Positions 1 to 10,191 of a DNA stretch of 32,000 nucleotides are shown one piece after another (positions within the stretch are counted from its first letter, which is position 1; the number at the start of each line of letters is the position of its first letter). The notes under the pieces were generated by a model, which did no database searches, had not been told where the DNA came from, and worked only from the letters and a program-made list of their open reading frames with translations. This stretch comes from Candidatus Saccharimonadota bacterium (GTDB lineage: Bacteria; Patescibacteriota; Gracilibacteria; BD1-5; UBA6164): positions 1,016,297 to 1,048,296 of the forward strand of contig OY782392.1 of NCBI GenBank assembly GCA_963677765.1, in the 5' to 3' direction. Both the position numbers and the translations under genes were made by a program.

Positions 1-16
1 TTTAGTTTATTTATAT

Positions 17-43
17 TTGACATTATTTTTTGTTATATATAAT
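17..43 (+). promoter_or_regulatory. candidate sigma70-type promoter for the tRNA gene
   Basis: TTGACA at 17-22 and TATAAT at 38-43, about 18 nt upstream of the tRNA 5' end. The 15-nt spacer is shorter than optimal. The AT-rich background makes chance hexamers likely. Confidence 0.35.
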
Positions 44-60
44 ACACAATACACATTTAA

Positions 61-143
61 CGGGGTATAAGTCTCAGTTGGTAGAGCTATCATATCTAGA
101 TAAGATATGATGTGGGGTGGTTCGAGTCCATCTACCGCGACCA
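61..143 (+). tRNA. tRNA-like gene, Ile(GAU)-like anticodon, non-canonical geometry
   Basis: T-arm GGTGG-TTCGAGT-CCATC (116-132). Acceptor CGGGGTA/TACCGCG (61-67/133-139) has one G.G opposition at 3:70. Discriminator A and encoded CCA (141-143). D-loop AGTTGGTA. The hairpin TCATATC-TAGATAA-GATATGA (90-110) places GAT at the anticodon position. Confidence 0.6.
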
Positions 144-150
144 ATTTATA

Positions 151-176
151 AGTCTAGCAATTAGCTAGACTTTTTC
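151..176 (+). terminator. intrinsic terminator after the tRNA
   Basis: 8-bp stem AGTCTAGC/GCTAGACT (151-158/164-171), loop AATTA, then a T-run at 172-175. Confidence 0.7.
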
Positions 177-215
177 TATATTAATTAATTATAACTTTAA
201 GTAAATAAATTATTT

Positions 216-249
216 AAAAAAGTAATAAATTATAATTTATTACTTTTTT
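216..249. terminator. hairpin terminator, serves the minus-strand dedA-like gene
   Basis: Perfect 15-bp stem AAAAAAGTAATAAAT/ATTTATTACTTTTTT (216-230/235-249) with loop TATA. A/T runs flank both sides. It contains the dedA-like stop codon (240-242). Confidence 0.65.
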
Positions 250-1010
250 CATAACTGTTCTAGTTCAGCATTTTTTTCTTTCATATAATTCATAAATTCA
301 ACTTTTTTATACTTATAAATATAAAATGCAACTAATCAAAATATTACTAACATAATTTTTCAAGCATGTTCTAATAGAATTTCATAATATTCAACAAATA
401 CTACACCTAATCATATTATAGTTATTGACCGAATTATTGATCAAACTATATTATATATCATAAAACTTATACTTTTCATTCACATACTTCCAGCTATAAA
501 TGGTAGAAATGCTCTGGTCATTGGATGAAATTTTCACAAAATTATTCACCAAGCTCACCATTTATCTATAGATTTTTTTAAATATTTTACTTCTGTTAAT
601 CATATTCAAAACCAATTACCATATTTAGTAAAAAAACTATCTCAATAATATTTTCATAATATATATCATATATAATTTCATATAATAGCTCATAAAGAAG
701 CTATTAACATCAAATATATAAGGTTTAGATAGCTAATTGATCAAAAAAATCATCATACTATAAGTAGTATATTTTGTCATGGTATAACTACTCAAATAAC
801 AGGAAAAGCTTCTATTAGACTACTAGAAAATCATATAAAATAATTCCAGTATCATATTCATTCGACTACTATTTTCATCCATTCAATAAATGCTTCTATC
901 CATTCTTTTTTAAATATAGCTATAAATGCTAGTGCTATAGTAAATATTATTAAAAGTATATTAATGGTATTTATTATTATTTTTACAAGGTTTTTTAACT
1001 TTTCTTTCAT
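240..1010 (-). CDS. DedA family membrane protein
   Basis: 256 aa, open only with TGA=Gly. Multi-TM protein with DedA-type segments EAFPVIGVVIPGQNILLIVGG and GKFHPMTRAFLPFIAGSMGM. ATG at 1010-1008, TAA at 242-240. Confidence 0.85.
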
Positions 1011-1207
1011 TTTTATTTAAATTTTAAATCAATTATTTTTTATATATTACAAATATTGTAAAATAAAAATAATATATTTTTTAAAATCTATTGATTATTA
1101 ATATATTTATTTTTTAATATTATTTTTATCCCTTATTCTTTGTTTTAAATTTGCTTTTTTATGATTTTAAATAAAATACTTGGAGTTATATTTTATTAAA
1201 AAATCTT

Positions 1208-2227
1208 ATGGATATATTAAAAAACAGATTTATATATTTTTGAATATCAATATTTTTTATAGTTATATCAATTTTTATGCTTTTATTTTCAAAGCTTAAT
1301 TTATGAATTGATATGACAGGATGAATAAATATGGAATATTCATATTCTTCTCAATTGAATATAGATGATGTAAAAGAATCTCTTGAAGAAGTTAAAACTG
1401 AAATATTATATAAGGAAAATCAAGTTATAAATAATATTAATGCATATAAAGTTACTTGAGAAAATACTTTAGTAGTTGTTGCTTGATTTGATACAAGTAT
1501 TGATGATAAAAATCTAGATTTACTTAAATTAGATTTTAGAGAAAAAACATTATCTATACTTAGTGATAAAGACCCTGAAGTAAAAGAAACACTTTATACT
1601 AATATTGGTAAAAGTTTTTGAGATTATATAAGAAATACAGCATTTTTAACTTTGGCAATTGCTATTGTAGCTATAACAATTTATGTTTCATTTGCTTTTT
1701 CATGAGTTGTTTCTTGAATCAGTGTATTTTCATTTTCTATTATAACATTATTAACACTTTTTCATGATGTAGTTATATCTACTTGATTATATATATTTGC
1801 TTGAACATTTTTTAATCAATTTCAAATAGATACATTTTTTATTACTGCATTATTAACTATATTATGATATTCAATTAATGATACTATAGTTGTATTTGAT
1901 AGAATAAGATCAAATCTTAAAAAATATGCTTGAAAACCATGAAAAAATGGTAAAGATTTATATGAAATAATAAATTTATCTGTTACTCAATCATTAAAAA
2001 GAAGTATTTATACTAGTTTAACTTTGATATTTGTTCTAGTTACAATATTTATTTTTGGTCCAGAATGAGTTAGCTGATTTATACTTGCAATGATATTTGG
2101 TACTTTTGTAGGTACATATAGTTCTATATTTATAGCTTCACCGATATTATATCAAGTTAATAGAAATAAAAGTTTAAAAGTTTATAAAAAGGAAGTAATA
2201 AATCCTGAAGATAAAATAGTTGTATAA
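1208..2227 (+). CDS. secF: protein-export membrane protein SecF
   Basis: 339 aa with TGA=Gly. N-terminal LNLGIDMTGG motif and a SecD/F transmembrane core (TILGYSINDTIVVFDRIR, FGTFVGTYSSIFIASP). TAA at 2225-2227. Confidence 0.9.
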
Positions 2228-2242
2228 TAATTTAAAATAAAA

Positions 2243-3997
2243 ATGAAATTTTCAATATTAAAAAAAATTTTTAATACTTATATTGAAACAATAGGTAAGA
2301 CAAATGTAATATTTGTCTTACTTTTTGGTTTATTTGTATCTTTTATGGTTGTAATAGAACCATTATTTTTTTCAGAAATCATAAAAAAAATAGAAAGCTT
2401 TTATAAAACATGAGAATTTAATTCAACAGAAATAATTTATACAATGTTATTTTGGTCTATATTTATATTTTTTACAATAATATTATTATATATTTATAGA
2501 TATTATATAACCGATGTGCTATCATTAAAAAATTATAGAAGAGTATTTTTAAAATACGTTTATAATGTTTTTGATATGCATTATTCAGAGTATCTTTGAA
2601 AAAAATCTTGAAGTATATATAAAAACTTTGATAGGTGAGCTGAGGTTCATTTTATACTTATTTTTGAATTCTTTAATCAAATATATAAGTCAATAGTTTC
2701 AATAGTTATTATAGTTATTATACTATTTGTTATTGATTGGAGAATGGCTATAATTGCACTAAGTATGCTTCCATTTATGATATGATTTGGTATTTATTTC
2801 AACTTAATTACAAGTGATAGACAAAAGAAGTTAAATGAAAGATGGGATAATATTTATTGAGTAGTTTGAGATTCAATGAATAATTTCTTATTATTCAAAA
2901 CATTATGATTAGAAAAAACTTTTTATAATAAACTTAATTTAGAAATTGATAATGTTTATAATGATCAATTAAATGTATCAAAACAATGGTCTATTTCAGA
3001 TATATATACTGCTGTATTGATAATGATATCTAGACTTCTTGTTTTATGATTTTGAATATATTTTTTATTTAATGATATTATAGATTTTTACACTCTTTTT
3101 GTTGTTTTTTCTTATTTATGATGGATTTACTTTCCTCTAGGTGCAATATTTTGAATGCTTAAAAGAGTTCAAGAAAATGTATTAGCTGCCGAAAGATTTT
3201 ATGAAGAATTTGAAAGCCCTAAGTTAGATTTATATATAGATAAATGAAAAAAACTTTGAAAAATAAATTGAGATATTTCTTTTAAAAATATTTCATTTTG
3301 ATATACAAATAATAAAAAAGTTTTAAAGAATATTAGTTTCGATATAAAATCTTGATCTAAAATTGCATTTGTATGAAATACATGATCATGAAAATCTACA
3401 ATTGTTAATTTACTTTTAAGATTTTGGGATACTGATTTTTGAGAAATTTCTATAGATTGAATTGATATAAAAAATATATCTAAAAGTTCATTACGTAGTC
3501 ATATATGAATAGTTACTCAAGATAATTCATTATTTAATTTATCTATACTTGAAAATCTTAGATTTGCTAATCCTAAAGCAAGTATAAAAGATATTAAGCA
3601 AGCTCTTATTGATGCTCAAGCATGATTTGTTTTTGATTTAAAAGACTGACTTGATACAGTTATATGAGAAAGATGATTAAAGCTTAGCTGATGAGAAAAA
3701 CAAAGAATATCTTTAGCTAGATTATTTCTAAAAAATCCTGAAGTTTTGATTTTGGATGAAGCGACTAGTGCTTTAGATAATAAAACTGAAAAATTAATTC
3801 AAAAAGCTTTAGATAAATTAATGAAGGGTAGAACTTCTATTGTAATAGCTCATAGATTATCTACAATACAAAATTCAGATAATATTTTTATGTTAGAAAA
3901 TTGAAAGATAATTGAATCATGAACTTATGAGAATTTAATGAATAAAAAATCTAAATTTTATAGTTTATCAAATCCTGAACATATAATAATTAACTAG
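2243..3997 (+). CDS. ABC transporter permease/ATP-binding protein (MsbA-like exporter)
   Basis: 584 aa. N-terminal multi-TM exporter domain followed by an NBD with Walker A GNTGSGKST, signature LSGGE (3683-3697, both Gly are TGA) and Walker [15 protein letters not shown] at 3995-3997. Confidence 0.9.
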
Positions 3998-4021
3998 AAA
4001 CTAAAAGTTTCTAGTTTTTTT
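3994..4021 (+). terminator. intrinsic terminator after the ABC transporter gene
   Basis: Stem CTAGAAAC/GTTTCTAG (3994-4001/4007-4014), loop TAAAA, then a T-run at 4015-4021. Confidence 0.75.
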
Positions 4022-4112
4022 ATAGTAAAAAATAATTTGAAATATAAATAATATTCATATTATAAGTAGGTTAGAATCAATTATATCTTATATTTAAATA
4101 TAAAATTACTTA

Positions 4113-4790
4113 ATGCTAAATCATTTATGAATAATAATGGATTGAAACCGTAGATGGGCAAAATCTAAATTTTTACCTTCAATAGCATGACATAAAGCAT
4201 GAGCTGATAATGTAAAAAAAATCACAAAGTTAGCTGAATCAAAATGAATAAAGTATTTAACTTTATGGGCACTTTCAACTGATAATTTATGGAAAAGATG
4301 AGAAGAAGAAATAAAATGAATCATAAAATTAATTAACAATATAGAATTTTTTCTTTGAGAGATGTTAGATGCAAATCTTAAATTTGAAACTATATGAGAT
4401 ATTTCAAAATTACCTATTGAATCTCAAGAGGTATTAAATAGAGTTAAAAATAAAACAAAAAATAATACATGAATTACTCTTACTATAGCACTTGTATATT
4501 GATGACAGGATGATATAATAAGAGCAACTAAAAAAATTATTTCTTTATGATTAAATCCTGAAAAAATCACTAAGCAAGAATTTAAAAAATATCTAGATAC
4601 TAATTTTTTACCTTCTCCAGATGTAATTGTTAGAACAGGATGAGATATTAGACATAGTTGATTTCTTTTATTTGATAGTGAATATAGTGAGTACTATTTT
4701 ACTAATAAATCTTGGCCTGAATTCAATGAAGATGAATTAAATAATGTAATTGATTTTTTTAATAATACTAAAAGAAATTTTTGAAAATAA
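4113..4790 (+). CDS. uppS: undecaprenyl (isoprenyl) diphosphate synthase
   Basis: 225 aa. Motifs MLNHLGIIMDGNRRWA, LTLWALSTDNLWKR, ALVYGGQDDI and VRTGGDIRHSGFLLFDSEYSEYYF. The track ORF 4121..4339 (-) is antisense to this gene. Confidence 0.9.
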
Positions 4791-4808
4791 TATTTAAATA
4801 AAATTATT

Positions 4809-5725
<917 letters not shown>

Positions 5726-5729
<4 letters not shown>

Positions 5730-5755
5730 AAACATAATTGTTTCTATTTTTATTT
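5726..5755. terminator. bidirectional hairpin terminator between convergent genes
   Basis: Stem ATAGAAACA/TGTTTCTAT (5726-5734/5739-5747), loop TAAT. There is a T-run downstream on the plus strand and an A-run upstream, which is the T-run for the minus strand. Confidence 0.7.
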
Positions 5756-5759
5756 TATA

Positions 5760-6170
5760 TTATTCTCTAAATTTTTTAATAAAATCAGAGAATTCATCTT
5801 TGTGTGTTAATATATAAAGTAATATAGCTGATATTGTTGTTAATAATAAGGCAAGTGCTATTTCCCAACTTATAATATGTTTCAAAAACATCTCTCTTGC
5901 AATAGCTAAAACTGCTACTACAACTATAATATAAAGCATTTTCATATGTGATTGCTCTGCTACTCTCATGAGAGAAATAACAATTACCTCAAAAACTATT
6001 ATTAAAATGAAAATATCTTTTGATAAAAAGTCATTTAATGATTTGTAGTCTACATTACCTATTAAAAATTGATAACCTTCATATGCTGTATAAATGGACA
6101 AACATGCCCAAAAAATTTTTTCTAGTATAGGTATCAAAATCAACACACTTTTTTTTATTTTCCCATTCAC
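5760..6170 (-). CDS. small integral membrane protein, possibly PsiE-like
   Basis: 136 aa with four predicted TM segments, complete in the standard code (no TGA). GTG start at 6170-6168 is preceded by AAGGAG (6183-6178) with a 7-nt spacer. Size and FE..I / AIAR pattern are reminiscent of the PsiE family; the family call is tentative. Confidence 0.7.
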   Translation of the reverse strand: MNGKIKKSVLILIPILEKIFWACLSIYTAYEGYQFLIGNVDYKSLNDFLSKDIFILIIVFEVIVISLMRVAEQSHMKMLYIIVVVAVLAIAREMFLKHIISWEIALALLLTTISAILLYILTHKDEFSDFIKKFRE

Positions 6171-6237
6171 TTTAGTTCTCCTTTTTTATAGTTGGAAGGG
6201 AGATATATTATAATTAATTGCTTTATTTTGTAAAGTA

Positions 6238-6270
6238 AAAAAATAATAAAATAGGTTTTTACCTATTTTA
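6238..6270 (-). terminator. intrinsic terminator of clpP
   Basis: Stem AAAATAGGT/ACCTATTTT (6248-6256/6261-6269), loop TTTT. It contains the clpP stop codon (6263-6265). On the minus strand it is followed by TTTATTATTT. Confidence 0.65.
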
Positions 6271-6868
6271 TTATTTTATCAATTAATCAATATTTTAAAG
6301 CCTCTTCTGCAGACATAAAATTATCTCTATCACAATCTTTTTCAATTGTTTTTATATCTTGACCAGTATGTTTTGCTAATATTTTATATAATGTGTTTCC
6401 AGTTTTTATTATATGTTCAGCAGCAAGTCTTATATCTGTTGCTTGTCATTCTGCTCATCATAATGGTTGATGAATCATTATTTCACTATGTGGTAATGCA
6501 TATCTTTTTCAAGCTTCTCATCATGCTAATATTATTGATCACATACTTGCAGATAACCCCATACTTACTGTATGTACAGGACATTTTACATATTGCATAG
6601 TATCATAAATAGCTAATCAAGCAGTTACATGTCATCCTGGAGAATTTACATACATTGTAATTGGAGCTTTTGGATCTTGTTTTTCTAAAAATAATAATTG
6701 TGCAATTACTGTATTTGCTACAGCACTATCAATAGCTTCTCACAAAAATATTACTCTATCTTCTAATAATCTAGAATATATATCATATGCTCTTTCTCAG
6801 CTAGGTGTTTTATCAATAACAGTAGGAATCAAGGTATTTTTTATTCATCTAATTTCATTTCTTGTCAT
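6263..6868 (-). CDS. clpP: ATP-dependent Clp protease proteolytic subunit
   Basis: 201 aa with TGA=Gly. Motifs [39 protein letters not shown], active-site context GLSASMGS, HQPLGG and [11 protein letters not shown]. The track ORF 6346..6600 (+) is antisense. Confidence 0.95.
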
Positions 6869-7071
6869 ACTATTTATCATCTTTAAAAATTAAATTATAT
6901 TTAAATTATATCAAAAATTATTAAAAACAACTATTTTATTTAGCTTTTTGTATTTACTATTTCTTAAAAAGATTTTTAATTAATTTTTTAACATAAATAA
7001 TATTTTTATCTTTACAAAGAATGAAATCTATTTAATATATAGCTATTAATTGATAATATATTTTTGAATAA

Positions 7072-8550
7072 ATGAACGTAGTAACTAGATTTGCACCAAG
7101 CCCAACTTGATATTTACATATATGAAGTCTTAGAACAGTGCTTTATAATTATTTATTTGCCAAAAAAAATAATGGTAAATTTTTACTTCGTATAGAAGAT
7201 ACTGATAGAACTAGATTAGTGGAGGGGAGTGTAGATAATATGCTTGCTGTACTTGCTTCTGTATGATTAATTCCGGATGAATGACCAAATAATCCATGAG
7301 ATAAATGACCATATTATCAATCTGAAAGACTAGATATATACAAAAAATATATTGATCAACTTATAAAAGATGATAAAGCTTATTATTGTTTTTGTAGTTC
7401 AGAAAGATTAGATGAATTAAGAACTGAACAAAAGGAATTAGGTCTTCCTACAAAATATGATAAGAAATGTAGATATCTTTCAGAAGAAGAAGTAACTGAA
7501 AAACTAAAATCTTGAATTCCTTATACTGTTAGATTAAAGGTTCCAGAAAATAAAGAAGTAATTGTTGAAGATTTAATAAAATGAAAAATAAAAGTTAATT
7601 CAAAAGATATTGATGAACAAGTATTACTTAAATCTGATGGTTTCCCGACTTATCATTTAGCTAATATAGTTGATGATCATTTAATGTGAGTTACTCATGT
7701 AATTAGATGAGATGAATGGACTCCTTCAGCTCCTAAACATGTTTTATTGTATCAAGCATTTTGATGGGATGTACCTACTTTTGCTCATATACCTTTATTA
7801 TTATGAAATGATAAAAAGAAACTTAGTAAAAGAACTTGAGATGTTGCAGTTGAAAATTACTTAGAAAAATGATATTTAACAGAATCTCTTATTAACTACA
7901 TATCACTTTTATGATGGAATCCTAAAACAACTGAAGAGTTTTTTACAATGAATGAATTAATAGAAAGATTTGAATTGACTAATGTACATAAAGCTTGAGC
8001 TGTTTTTGATGTTGATAGATTAGATTTTTTTAATTCGCATTATTTAAAAACTTTAGATTTAAATTATTTATTTGATAAATTTAAAACATATTTATCGAGA
8101 TACGATAAAGAATTTTACGATAAAATACTAAAATTTGATGATTCTTATAATTTAAAAATATTTGATGAATTAAAAACTAGAATTAAACATTTTAGTGAAT
8201 TTAAATGATATACAAGCTTTTTTTATAATGAATCAAATATTGCTCCAACTGATTTGATTGTTAATCAAAAAATGAAAATAGATTCTATTGATACTGCTGC
8301 TAATTGATTAAAGTTAGCTTTATCAATATTAGAGGCAAGATCTATTGATTATACTTCTATAGATGATATAAAAGATGATTTTGTAGAAAAAATTAAAGAG
8401 GCTGAAATGAAAAACTGACAAGTTTTATGGCCAGTTAGATGTGCTTTAAGTTGAGAGCAATTTTCACCTTGAGCTTTAGAGCTTATTTATATACTTTGAG
8501 TAAATGAATCTATAAATAGAATAAATAAAACCCTAGAATCAATTTCATAA
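7072..8550 (+). CDS. gltX: glutamate--tRNA ligase
   Basis: 492 aa, fully translated without stops using TGA=Gly. Motifs FAPSPTGYLHIGS (HIGH-type), [20 protein letters not shown] and KLSKR (KMSKS-type). Confidence 0.95.
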
Positions 8551-8586
8551 TTTTATTAATTGTCAATTACTAAAACTTACAAATAC

Positions 8587-8614
8587 TTGAATGTTTTTTC
8601 ATTTATGATAATAT
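8587..8614 (+). promoter_or_regulatory. candidate promoter for the zinc-ribbon gene
   Basis: TTGAAT (8587-8592), a 16-nt spacer, then TAATAT (8609-8614), about 29 nt upstream of the ATG at 8643. Confidence 0.3.
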
Positions 8615-8642
8615 ATGTAAATATTTTATAATAAAAGAATAT

Positions 8643-9032
8643 ATGAATTTAGATGCTTTAAATTGATTAATAAAGTCTATTATTTCAAATTTCAAGTGTT
8701 GAAATTGTAACTCTTGAGCTTGAACTAAAGATATAAATATAAAAAATATTGAATGAAAATCTGTTTTGATAGATATAATTTGTCCTTCTTGTTGAAAATC
8801 TTCTCTTATTAAATCTGAAGTAGTTTCATTAGATTTGAATAAATTAAATTTATCTCAAAAACAATTAGATTTAATAAAAAAGTCTATAGATAAAAACAAT
8901 ACAAATAAAATAAACAATAAAAATAAGATGGAAAATTTACCTATTACAGATAACTTAATTATAGAACTTAATAACGATTTAAAAAAAGATAAAATTAGTG
9001 TTTCTGACTTGTTTTCTAATGAAGAAAAATAG
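8643..9032 (+). CDS. hypothetical zinc-ribbon protein
   Basis: 129 aa. Two CxxC pairs (CGNC and CPSC) about 29 residues apart, then an Asn/Lys-rich low-complexity tail. The track ORF 8835..9032 is its in-frame C-terminal fragment. Confidence 0.6.
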
Positions 9033-9050
9033 TTTGATTTAAGTTAAAAA

Positions 9051-9086
9051 TAAAGTATATTATATTTATAATATACTTTATTTTTT
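9051..9086 (+). terminator. intrinsic terminator after the zinc-ribbon gene
   Basis: Inverted repeat TAAAGTATATTATA/TATAATATACTTTA (9051-9064/9067-9080) followed by TTTTTT (9081-9086). Confidence 0.6.
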
Positions 9087-9090
9087 GTTT

Positions 9091-9552
9091 ATGATAAAAA
9101 AAATATTTCTTTTTATACTCATATTATTTGTTTTATATATATTAGCTATTTTTAAAGCTCCAGAGTTAGCAGGTCATTTTGAAAAACTTCTAAAAATTGA
9201 ATGATTTAATCAATCAGTAATCGATTTCAAGAAAAAACTTGATGAGATATATACAACTATTCCAACAAAAGAAGAAATTAAAAATACTTATGAGCAAACA
9301 ATGAGTTGAGCAATAGAACTAAAAGAAAAAGCATCATCATGAACTATTGAACTTAAGAATAAAATTGATAATGTTAGATTAAGTGTTAGTTGATCTATTG
9401 ATAAATATGAATGAATTAAATCAGATATAGTTGAAACAAAAGAAAAAATGGAGTCAACTGTTGAAACAATAAAAAATACTAGTGATGCTATTAATGATTT
9501 CTCAGAAAATCTTAAATCTACATCTAGTTGAATTTTAAATTATAATCAATAA
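9091..9552 (+). CDS. hypothetical membrane-anchored coiled-coil protein
   Basis: 153 aa. N-terminal hydrophobic anchor IFLFILILFVLYILAIF, then a Lys/Glu-rich heptad-like sequence. Open only with TGA=Gly. TAA at 9550-9552. Confidence 0.55.
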
Positions 9553-9557
9553 TAAAA

Positions 9558-10133
9558 ATGATATTATCAGATACTAAAATAAAAGAAAGACTAAAATCAT
9601 GAGATATAAAAATGGAATCATTGGGTTGATATGATATAGATAAACAAATTTGACCGGCAAGTTTAGATTTTAGACTTGGTTGAACTTTTAAAATTTACAA
9701 AAAATCTAGACAAACTGTTATTGATTCAAAAGATGGAGTTATTAAAGAACATGTTGAAACAATTGAATTAAAAGATTGAGATAAGTTTGTATTACATCCT
9801 TGAGATTTTGTTTTATGAGTTACTATGGAAAAAATCAGAGTTCCATATGACTTGGTTGCAAGATGCGAATGAAGAAGTAGTATAGGTAGACTAGGTGTAA
9901 TTATTCATTCTACTGCTTGATTTATTGATCCATGATTTGAATGAACTATAACATTAGAGATGACTAACATAAATGAGCTTCCAGTTGCCTTATATGTATG
10001 AATGAGGATTTGACAATTTGCATTTGAAACTATAGATTGAAAAGTAGAAAATACTTATGATAAAAGAGTTTGAAGTAAATATATGAATCAAATACTTCCA
10101 GAAGAAAGTAGAGTTTGTTCTGACTTATATTAA
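9558..10133 (+). CDS. dcd: dCTP deaminase
   Basis: 191 aa. Motifs GPASLDFRLG, ARCEGRSSIGRLGV and GFIDPGFEGTITLEMTN. Several conserved Gly are encoded by TGA. Confidence 0.9.
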
Positions 10134-10160
10134 AAAGACAATTATTTTGTCTTTTTTATT
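10133..10160 (+). terminator. intrinsic terminator after dcd
   Basis: Stem AAGACA/TGTCTT (10135-10140/10148-10153) followed by a T-run at 10152-10157. Confidence 0.6.
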
Positions 10161-10191
10161 CTTATTATATATATTATAACTTAAATTATAC

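Noticed and set aside
90-110. The tRNA as a stop-codon suppressor or the UGA-decoding tRNA-Gly(UCA), because TCA and CTA trinucleotides occur in the arm.
   Set aside because: No fold places TCA, CTA or TTA at positions 34-36 with a paired stem. The only stable hairpin presents GAT.
1049-1063. Small inverted repeat TTACAA-ATA-TTGTAA in the dedA/secF divergent spacer as an operator. A similar case is TAATTG-T-CAATTA at about 8557-8569.
   Set aside because: Both are short A/T-rich palindromes of the kind expected by chance in this composition, and no second copy was seen in the window.
4121-4339. Track ORF of 72 aa on the minus strand. The same reasoning applies to 6346..6600, 11205..11486, 11215..11424, 11847..12047, 12376..12588, 13310..13609, 17221..17454, 19667..19933, 20587..20775, 21399..21788, 26005..26190, 26055..26381, 29442..29645 and 31688..31903.
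   Set aside because: All lie antisense to well-supported conserved genes (uppS, clpP, miaB, MscS-like, methyltransferase, DUF4012-like, murE, dnaX, RumA-type, pcrA, hydrolase). They encode low-complexity Ile/Phe/Leu-rich sequence typical of AT-rich antisense frames.
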